Below are positions 56,324 to 64,000 of a stretch of DNA of 64,000 nt, one piece after another. A model generated the notes under the pieces. That model did no database searches and was not told where the DNA came from. It was given only the letters and a program-made list of their open reading frames with translations. The position numbers and the translations under genes are program-made. Numbering within the stretch: the first letter of the stretch is position 1; every line of letters begins with the position of its first letter. Source of the DNA: Barthelona sp. PCE (lineage: Eukaryota); assembly GCA_040285745.1 (NCBI GenBank), contig JAUFOR010000008.1, forward strand, positions 1,178,001 through 1,242,000. The letters are read 5' to 3'.

Positions 56324-57352
56324 CTACATAACCTCCTTTACAATCTGGTAGAAGCGGGCTATAAGGGCTGATACTTGCATCACGTGGTTGCACCCTTGAA
56401 CAGCACGACGTTGCATCATGCCAGTCTCCCTCATAAACTTCAATCTTAAAACTTCTGGACATTCCTCCTCAGTCATATAATTCAGTACTTTAAAGGTTGT
56501 CTTGAGCATATCATGTGTACTGAAACCTTTGTCAATCAGCGTATGCATGAATGCCAGGGCATCAGGCAAGTTGTCAGACATAATGGCAGAAATTGCGTTT
56601 TTAATGATCATAGGCTGTGGTGTATCCGACACTTTCAACACATTCTCGCTGTTGATGACGCCAAAACCAACGTGGCATGCCTCTGCTGCATTCAATACTG
56701 TTCTCATATCACCTTCGCCAATAAACAACAAAGTTTCCAGCCCACTGTCGTCATACACGGCATTTTCTCTCGTTAGTACCTCCTCAAGGCGCTTTAAAAC
56801 CTCTGCGTTCTCCAGCCTTGTGAATCTAAGGATCGCACACCTTGATTGGATCGCTTCAATGATCTTTGATGATGTGTTGCATGCCAAAGCAAATCGTGTC
56901 GTATCGGCGTACAGCTCCATCGTCCGCCTCAGGGCCTGCTGAGCGGCGGCTGTCATGCTGTCTGCCTCGTCGAGAATGATGAGCTTGTGAACGTGCGAGG
57001 GAAGAGTGACCTTTTTTTGAGCATGATTCTTAATTCTGTTACGAACAACCTCAATACCACGATCATCTGAAGCGTTCAGCTCGAGGACAGCGTCCTTGTA
57101 TCGGTCACCACACAACTGGCGTGAAAGACACATAACACTTGTTGTCTTACCACAACCCGGTGGTCCTGCCAATATGAGATGAGGTACGTTACCTTCCTCT
57201 GCTATGACCCTCAATCGCTCGACAATGTCAATGTTTCCGACAACGTCATCAAGAACACGTGGCCTGTATTTGGTTACCCAAGGAATTGATCTCTTCTTTT
57301 TCTTCTTAGATGTCCTTCCGGAACGTTTCGCACCTGTCCCACTAGTTTCCAT
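56324..57352 (-). CDS. RFC2: Replication factor C small subunit (human RFC2 / yeast Rfc4)
   Basis: PWVTKYRP, GPPGCGKTT, LELNASDDRGI, ILDEADSMT, AQQALRRTME and IQSRC. Confidence 0.96.
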   Translation of the reverse strand: METSGTGAKRSGRTSKKKKKRSIPWVTKYRPRVLDDVVGNIDIVERLRVIAEEGNVPHLILAGPPGCGKTTSVMCLSRQLCGDRYKDAVLELNASDDRGIEVVRNRIKNHAQKKVTLPSHVHKLIILDEADSMTAAAQQALRRTMELYADTTRFALACNTSSKIIEAIQSRCAILRFTRLENAEVLKRLEEVLTRENAVYDDSGLETLLFIGEGDMRTVLNAAEACHVGFGVINSENVLKVSDTPQPMIIKNAISAIMSDNLPDALAFMHTLIDKGFSTHDMLKTTFKVLNYMTEEECPEVLRLKFMRETGMMQRRAVQGCNHVMQVSALIARFYQIVKEVM

Positions 57353-57699
57353 GCCCTGTACTGTTCAAAAAAACGTTCAAAATTAAAACAAAATGAGAAA
57401 GGAAAGAAACTATAAAGCTTAAGAAAGCTGTATGTGATGGTGTTTTATTGTGTGTATTCACCACAATTACCAGCTCTTGTTCTGTAAAGGTATGAAGCAA
57501 TAGAAAGAGAAACAATACATATTAAAGCACCTAATCAGTGTTTTATATCTAATGTTTGTTGACTAATGGTGTGAAAATGAGGGTTTGTGAGGGTTTCAAA
57601 CACAAATGTTCATAATACTCAACTTTCAGTTTGTACTTTGAATCTCACCCATTTCGCGTATTTTAGCTTATTTTTACACACACAAAGCAAGAATCGCAC

Positions 57700-58842
57700 A
57701 TGTCGAAGATCGTATTGAAGAAATCAGGGAGGGACGCGAGCTTTACTCTCACAAAAAATCGAAGAAGGCACGCTCATTTGAACTACAGCGCCCTCACACC
57801 CAGTGTTATCGAAGACAACCCGGTTCCTATGGATCTTATGCATCTTACGAGGCAGAATACAAAGAGAGTGCCACAAGTTCCTGAACATAAAGACAGTCCT
57901 GAAAAGCCAGCAAGAGCACGTGTACATCGGGGAAAGGTCCGAACAAAGAAAATCCCAGCAACCCCAACTGTTAGAAAAGAAAATAACTTTGATAAGGTTG
58001 TGGAAAGAACAATTGAATATCCATACGGCGAGCTTGTACCCGTCCACAAGGTTGGATTCGACGTGATTGATGTCAAAGGCCAATCAGAAGCTGTCCAACG
58101 TCAGCAGATACGACAGCTGATGATGATGGCAGACAGCTCACGTCGTTTACACAAGACTCAAGAGGAGACGTTATCAAGGTTCCAGGTTGGTATGTGTCTG
58201 CTCAGCCTGAAGGAATATCAGAAGTCACTGGAGGTCTTTGAGCAGCTCCTGTGGTGTGGCGAGACGCTCGAAGATAATGCTATTCAGGCACTAGCTCATA
58301 ATCTCATTGGGCACGTTTTGTACTACTTAAAGCAGTTCGATAAGGCTGCGATGGCGTTTGAATTACTTCGAGAATGCGGTATTGAAGAAGATAAGTTTGC
58401 TGCTCATGCTAACCTTGCGCTGACTTTTGTTAAGATGGAACAACCTCCTAGGGCACTTGCACATTTCAAACAGGCCCTGAGGTATGCCGTCAAGCTTGAC
58501 GACTCAGCAGCTGAGGCTTTTACTTGCCTTCATCTCGCTGAATTACTGGAAGACGATACTGAGGCTGCTAAAGCATGTTTACAGCGCTATTTGCAAATGT
58601 CAAACGATCCAGAGGACCAATCAGAGGCGTTCCTACAACTAGGACGTCTCACGCAACGCTCAGGAAACTGGGACGAAGCAAGCAAGTGTTACATGGAAGC
58701 TTTAGATCTTTGTGACTCAAAGACGCAATCCCGTCAGTCTAGAGTAGCTGCCAGCGGCATGGCCATCTGCTCTGTGAATGCAGATTGGGAATCATACATT
58801 AACGGTGTTCGAGAAGTGATTGAAAAAGACATGGCTAATTAA
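57700..58842 (+). CDS. TPR-repeat protein
   Basis: Several TPR-like helical repeats in the C-terminal two thirds (AHNLIGHVLY, AHANLALTF, AFLQLGRL). Confidence 0.8.
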   Translation: MSKIVLKKSGRDASFTLTKNRRRHAHLNYSALTPSVIEDNPVPMDLMHLTRQNTKRVPQVPEHKDSPEKPARARVHRGKVRTKKIPATPTVRKENNFDKVVERTIEYPYGELVPVHKVGFDVIDVKGQSEAVQRQQIRQLMMMADSSRRLHKTQEETLSRFQVGMCLLSLKEYQKSLEVFEQLLWCGETLEDNAIQALAHNLIGHVLYYLKQFDKAAMAFELLRECGIEEDKFAAHANLALTFVKMEQPPRALAHFKQALRYAVKLDDSAAEAFTCLHLAELLEDDTEAAKACLQRYLQMSNDPEDQSEAFLQLGRLTQRSGNWDEASKCYMEALDLCDSKTQSRQSRVAASGMAICSVNADWESYINGVREVIEKDMAN

Positions 58843-58854
58843 TTGTAAAATTTT

Positions 58855-59454
58855 TTACTTTCTTTTCCTTTGATGCGCAAGAATAGGTGAATATACAGTT
58901 AGCTGTGGGAGATCAAAGTACTGTCGAGGCGTCGTTTGAGATAGATTTGATGTGTATGTCTCATTGTACATAACGGTTCGTCGCGGACTGTTGTTTAAAA
59001 TTGGGCTTGTTGTTACAACGTGTGTAGAGAAGCGTGTATCCTGTACCGCAGAGCTTTTGTGAGCTTTGGGCTTCTCCTGTGATGATACAATTGTTGCTTC
59101 TGGGTTATCTTTACGCTTTCTCTTTTTCTTCGCAGAGTTTCTTGTTTTTGATATCAGAAGCGATTCTGCCTCATCCAGAGGTGCAACAGGCGTTTCTGAA
59201 TTTAATTCAGCAAGTAAAGATTTTGAGTGCTCCATTGTACTCGAAAAATTGGCTAATTCGCCCTGAATATTCTTGATCTTCTTCATGTGGCATTCTTTCT
59301 GCTTAGTGAGAAAGGCAATAGGTTGATTGAGAGCCTTACCGTACTTTGACTTGAGCATATACTGTTTCTCAAGATCGTTCTCAATTTCGTGAAGTTCACT
59401 GATGAGAACCTCAGCGTGTAGCCCCAAGTTGACAACAACACGCTCGTTGGTCAT
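58855..59454 (-). CDS. Hypothetical protein with a coiled coil and a basic NLS-like motif
   Basis: About 199 aa, contains KKKRKRK. Confidence 0.6.
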   Translation of the reverse strand: MTNERVVVNLGLHAEVLISELHEIENDLEKQYMLKSKYGKALNQPIAFLTKQKECHMKKIKNIQGELANFSSTMEHSKSLLAELNSETPVAPLDEAESLLISKTRNSAKKKRKRKDNPEATIVSSQEKPKAHKSSAVQDTRFSTHVVTTSPILNNSPRRTVMYNETYTSNLSQTTPRQYFDLPQLTVYSPILAHQRKRK

Positions 59455-59646
59455 TGATAGAGATGATTTTTGAATTAACAAGTTCTCTTGAATGTATTTT
59501 TTCTAACTATATCTTTCTCACTGACTATTGATCCGACTTCACCACGGTTTCAGTCTAGAGAAAGTGCTTATTTGTAAATCATACTTTAAAAGACCAATAA
59601 CTCTTGTTCACAAGTAAAATATGGTCAAATAATAATACACATAAAT

Positions 59647-60672
59647 TTATTCGATACCATTTGATCGACATATGGACTGTTTGGCATCAAAAATTGCTCT
59701 CTCAACCCTTTTCACATTTGTCACTCTTGAATCATTACATAACCCAACAAGCCACAGTTCCAAAACATAGAACTGCTCATCGACGAACCACTTGATAATA
59801 TCAATGATTTCCTGCTTTTTCAACGGTGACAGCAAGACGTCGTCCGTGTTTGGCAACTGTAACCGATGTGACACGTCTCTCAACAGCGCTGCACGGTCCT
59901 CAGAGAGGGTATCAGGCAGAACAACCAACCAGTGAAGGGAAAAGAAAGAATGAAAATCACAACTGTTTGGTAATACTTCAGCATAACTGTCATTATCTCT
60001 CATTTCTTTCCTCGCATCCACCAACTCGACGACCAGGGCAGCCATCATCGCCGCTTCATCACTGGGCAAAGCTGAGTCATCACCCAAAATGATCGACAAT
60101 ATTTCATTAAAGACGGAGGGCGGTATATAATCAGTCACAGTACTTGCTGAGGTGTGCTGCTGGGTGTACTCCAGTATAGCGTGCTCAATGTCGCTGTTGT
60201 CTGGTATAAATTCAAGAACTGGAGCAACATTCTTACTCTTCCTCTCTTTTTTTGCTCTTACTGCCTCCTTTAACTGCCGTTTCCGCTCTGCTATGCGTAT
60301 GCTACGCTTTTTGCGAGCATTTTCTGTCCTCTTTTGCTCACTGCGCACACTTTTGCGTACTTTTGTCAAGTTGCGTGTTATATGCTTCAGAGATGATTGA
60401 GAGACACCTGTGCTCGATGTTAGTGACTTCACGCTCGTCACTAAATCATTTAATGCACCAAAATCGATATTTAGATCAACATCATCTTCTGCTGGCGGTT
60501 CTTCATCATTTTTAGCACATTCAACCACAACTGGTGCTGTTTTTCGAACATTTACCTTGCTTTTCGACGCATCAAGCGCTTCTCGAAGCTGAATGATGTA
60601 GGTCTCAAAGCACTCCACCTTTTGAGCAATCTCTAAACATGCATCTCCCACCATGCCCTCAATTTCATCCAT
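59647..60672 (-). CDS. Hypothetical protein
   Basis: 341-aa ATG-initiated ORF with coiled-coil and basic segments. Confidence 0.65.
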   Translation of the reverse strand: MDEIEGMVGDACLEIAQKVECFETYIIQLREALDASKSKVNVRKTAPVVVECAKNDEEPPAEDDVDLNIDFGALNDLVTSVKSLTSSTGVSQSSLKHITRNLTKVRKSVRSEQKRTENARKKRSIRIAERKRQLKEAVRAKKERKSKNVAPVLEFIPDNSDIEHAILEYTQQHTSASTVTDYIPPSVFNEILSIILGDDSALPSDEAAMMAALVVELVDARKEMRDNDSYAEVLPNSCDFHSFFSLHWLVVLPDTLSEDRAALLRDVSHRLQLPNTDDVLLSPLKKQEIIDIIKWFVDEQFYVLELWLVGLCNDSRVTNVKRVERAIFDAKQSICRSNGIE

Positions 60673-60972
60673 AGCCCTGAATTGTAAAGTAATAGCTTGT
60701 TGAAAAAGGTGTGTTTTGCTTTAACAAACCATTACCCATATTACAATCAGTAACCGGCATTTTTGAGTTTTAATATAATTTAATCCCAGTTTAATGAGAA
60801 GAAAATTCGCTCAAAACAAAAAAACTACAGACAATAAACTGCCGGTCATGTTGTATAACATCACACATTGATCATCCATGTTAAGAGGGTGTTTTAGAAC
60901 TAATTGCTGTCAGATAAGCACTCGCAATAAGTATAAAGCTCAAAAATCTCTGTTTTCATTTTTTATCATCAC

Positions 60973-62130
60973 ATGGAAATGGAAGAGGTACCATTCAAGG
61001 CCTCGCTGTTTATTTTTCGCGGGGCATCCGTTTTAGAGAATCAGACATTGTTCTTTGATCAATTTAGTACGTTTGCCAACAAAGATATCGTCAAAGACAA
61101 CGCAGAGTTATTTTCAAAGTTCGAAACACCATCCACACACCAGTACTCACACGGAGCAACCATGGAATCTGTGGAAAAAACCCTTTATTTGGGTGAAACT
61201 GTACGTGTATTCTGCAGTATCAATTCCAAAGTGGCAATTCCCAGTGTGTCATATCGTCTAACCGTGCACCATGACACTGGCAACACAGAGCTGCTCTCTG
61301 AAAGCGGAGTCGATTTAGATCAGCGCATTGTTAACCGTCTTACATCTTTTGAAGTGAAAGATCCGAACAAAAAAGCCGTCCTCACGTCAGCACGGTTTGT
61401 CTTTGAAGTCATGTACATGAACGATACAGAGCTGAAGCGTGTATCTGTCTCAAAATCCATGACGATTAGTTTGTGTCTTAATCTCAAACTCTCTCTCACA
61501 GCTGTGGATTTCAGAGAGAACATGTACTTTCTTCGCGCACGCATCACAAACATAACACAGCACATGCTGCACTTGGATCGAGTTCAGGTGCGGCCGTCAG
61601 GTAAGAGATTCTCAATAACAAAGATACCGCATAAAGACATGTTGACACTCCCATCAAATGATTCAATCCAGCTTTTGTACCGGGTAACTGTCAATGACGG
61701 AATTGAAAACGTATTTGGAGAATGTGTTGGCAACCTCAGTGTTCGATGGAGAATTTCAAATGGTGCAGTCGGTACAATCTTTACGCATCCTTTCTCTCTG
61801 ACGCCAGCTGACACACCTGTCGCGATCAAGGCCGATCTTCCCACATGTACTTCGCTGCTTGAACCATTTGATGTTGAAATAGTTGTTAAAAACACGCTTT
61901 CTGTTAAAGTTAATGTTACAATGCGCTTTCCAAGTCTAGGTAAGCTGGTTGTCATTGGAGAAAGTATGCACACCGTATCAGTGGGTCCCGATGAAGAGAG
62001 TAGACTGCCAGTTACACTTCTCCCGACAGCACCAGGACTTATTGAAGTTGGTGGAATCCAAGTTCAATTCACTTCAATTCATCAAAACAAGCAGAGAAAC
62101 GCATCTCTGGGATCGATAATAGTAGAATAG
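60973..62130 (+). CDS. TRAPPC13: TRAPP complex subunit 13 (Trs65/DUF974)
   Basis: LYLGETVRVFCSIN, GNLSVRWR...G.I.T, LEPFDVEIVVKN and LLPTAPGLIEVGGI. Length is typical for the family. Confidence 0.8.
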   Translation: MEMEEVPFKASLFIFRGASVLENQTLFFDQFSTFANKDIVKDNAELFSKFETPSTHQYSHGATMESVEKTLYLGETVRVFCSINSKVAIPSVSYRLTVHHDTGNTELLSESGVDLDQRIVNRLTSFEVKDPNKKAVLTSARFVFEVMYMNDTELKRVSVSKSMTISLCLNLKLSLTAVDFRENMYFLRARITNITQHMLHLDRVQVRPSGKRFSITKIPHKDMLTLPSNDSIQLLYRVTVNDGIENVFGECVGNLSVRWRISNGAVGTIFTHPFSLTPADTPVAIKADLPTCTSLLEPFDVEIVVKNTLSVKVNVTMRFPSLGKLVVIGESMHTVSVGPDEESRLPVTLLPTAPGLIEVGGIQVQFTSIHQNKQRNASLGSIIVE

Positions 62131-62140
62131 AAACACTTTA

Positions 62141-64000
62141 TTATACAGTTTGCTCCATATTTTGAATAAACGCTGTTAGAGTTGCGCATTTCTCCTTGAG
62201 TACATCTACTTCATTAGCATATGCAAGTTCAACACGGCGGAGGCGATCAAGCTCAGCGTGTTCAGCACCACTCAAACCCAGTTCAGGAGTCTGGTTGTTT
62301 CTCAACTTCGCAATGAGGGCATGACATTCATTTAATTGCACAGTGAGTGCCTCGTGTGTCGCCTTCAACCCATTCAGATCCTTTTCGCGCTGAACAGCTT
62401 CGTCTTCAGCAGCAACCTTTGCGTTTGTCATCTCTGTCAAACTCAGTTCGAGGCTATTTGTCTTCTGAGCACCATCCTCTACAGCAGTCTTCAAGACATC
62501 AAGCTGATCGGTGAGTTCCATGACGGTTGTGTCGTTCTCAAGCTCTGTGATCTTTTTCGTTAACTCCTTAATTGTTCGCTCATGCTTGAATTTCTCAGCA
62601 GAAAGTGATGCGATCTCGTCTGTGAAGCTGTTGTTCTCGGCAAGATTCGTCTCCAGTTTCCTACGCAGAGTAAGCATATCTCCCTTCTGTGTGCTTAACG
62701 CCTCCTCGAGCTTCTTGAGCTTTGATATCTCAATCATAAGCTCCGTTTTCTTACCCTTCAGGTAGTATATCTCATCCTTCATGGCAGTCTCGTTAATGCG
62801 CATCAGCTCCATAGCATCGTTGTTGCTCTTAAGCCTGTCTTCAGCGACAGATGAACGTGAATCAAGTTCTCCATTGAGCTTAGAAAGCTCTTCAAACTTC
62901 ATCTGGAGTGCACTGAGCTTCTCCTCCACATGCTCCTTTTCTTGCTTGGTGTTCTTCAAATCTGCCAACTGCTCTTCCGCAAAAATCATTTGTGTTCGGA
63001 TGTTGCTCAAATCTGCCTCCTGTGTAGCAAATGACTCTCTTAGAGTGCGTAGCTCAGCATCAAGAAGCTCCTTCTCGCGAATAACGCCACCGTTCTCGTC
63101 CAAGTGCAACTTCTCAGCTGTCAAGATCTTTGCCTTTAGTTTTTTGACATCTGTCTTGTAATCAGCAAGCTGCAACTCAAGCTCCTTAACAGTTTGGTTG
63201 TACACGTCACGAACATCAATAGTTTCGGCCAATTCATCTTTGATGGCGCTGTTTTGTTTCATCAACTCGTCCAAGCTCTCTTGATGAGCTGAAGCTGATT
63301 CCTTTGCTTGTTGAGAGATTGATCTAATTTTATCGTTGAGCTCAACGTTCTCTGATCGCAGCATTCGCACTTGACTTTCAGTAAGGCGCAATTCCTCGTT
63401 TAACTTTGATTTTGCATCTTCACCGTCTCCGAGCTGAGATGAATAACTGTCAATGGTGTTCTCAAGTTCACGAATACGATGATCACGTTGCTCAATAGTC
63501 TTAACAAGATCGTTATTAATACCGTTATAGTTGTTAATCTCAGACCTCGCATCTGCAAGTGATGCGTTGAGTGCATCAATCTGTGCAAGGTGGTCCTCGA
63601 TCGTCTTCTCCAAGCGCGTTATATTGTCGTTCTTTGTAACAATCGTCTTGCAGTAAGATTTAAGCGATGAATCAGTGTGAGAAATAATGCTGCTAACAAA
63701 CGCTTTGGCGCCTGCAACCTGTTTGCGCATTGTCATGAGCTGGGCCTCGAGTTGATCCATACGCTCATTTTTCTCGGATAATACCTTGGCGACAGTATCG
63801 ACGCTCAAAGCAGTCATGTCAGTGTGCATATCACGCAACATGTCCTTGAGATGAAGAATGCGCTCGTCACGCTCCTCAATGGCCTGTTTAGAGTTCTGAA
63901 CAATCTTGTTCAGCGTGTGCACTTGGCCGTTTGCCTGCTGGATTTTCTCCTGAGCAGAAACAAGCGACTCAGTGGTTTCCTGTAACGAGTCCATGATCTC
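62141..64000 (-). CDS. Long coiled-coil protein, probably 5'-partial
   Basis: Continuous heptad pattern for over 600 aa. The frame stays open to the window edge. Confidence 0.75.
   Translation of the reverse strand, partial: EIMDSLQETTESLVSAQEKIQQANGQVHTLNKIVQNSKQAIEERDERILHLKDMLRDMHTDMTALSVDTVAKVLSEKNERMDQLEAQLMTMRKQVAGAKAFVSSIISHTDSSLKSYCKTIVTKNDNITRLEKTIEDHLAQIDALNASLADARSEINNYNGINNDLVKTIEQRDHRIRELENTIDSYSSQLGDGEDAKSKLNEELRLTESQVRMLRSENVELNDKIRSISQQAKESASAHQESLDELMKQNSAIKDELAETIDVRDVYNQTVKELELQLADYKTDVKKLKAKILTAEKLHLDENGGVIREKELLDAELRTLRESFATQEADLSNIRTQMIFAEEQLADLKNTKQEKEHVEEKLSALQMKFEELSKLNGELDSRSSVAEDRLKSNNDAMELMRINETAMKDEIYYLKGKKTELMIEISKLKKLEEALSTQKGDMLTLRRKLETNLAENNSFTDEIASLSAEKFKHERTIKELTKKITELENDTTVMELTDQLDVLKTAVEDGAQKTNSLELSLTEMTNAKVAAEDEAVQREKDLNGLKATHEALTVQLNECHALIAKLRNNQTPELGLSGAEHAELDRLRRVELAYANEVDVLKEKCATLTAFIQNMEQTV

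Noticed and set aside
1-64000. Alternative genetic code, CRISPR arrays, transposons, rRNA or tRNA genes
   Set aside because: All three stops terminate conserved proteins at expected positions. I saw no repeat-spacer arrays, transposase or RT motifs, terminal repeats, or structural RNA signatures by eye.

Overview
Gene-dense eukaryotic nuclear DNA in the standard genetic code (TAA, TAG and TGA all end well-conserved genes). About 37 protein genes are packed with very short spacers, and two convergent pairs overlap at their 3' ends. All long ORFs appear intron-free. Recognisable genes are an RNB exoribonuclease, riboflavin kinase, RPB10, Pescadillo, SPB1, Beclin-1/ATG6, a DMT transporter, RPN2, NAXD, a CLK/LAMMER kinase, PMS1/PMS2, stomatin, NOP4, a CTD phosphatase, a divergent dynein LIC, SGF29-like, DDB1-like, NAA30, RFC2/Rfc4 and TRAPPC13. 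The main hidden feature is absent from the ORF track: a ribosomal protein eL39 gene (minus strand, 45909-46176) split by the only spliceosomal intron I could find (115 nt). That intron has a GTATGT donor, a branch point fused to the acceptor with Giardia/Trichomonas-type spacing, and a structured interior with a 10-nt direct repeat. Divergent proteins, intron poverty, this intron geometry and AGTAAA/AATAAA motifs at stop codons suggest a metamonad-like protist. That assignment is inference only. I found no rRNA, tRNA, CRISPR array or mobile element. All family calls come from motif recognition by eye, and where I moved a start to a downstream ATG the choice is a judgement.
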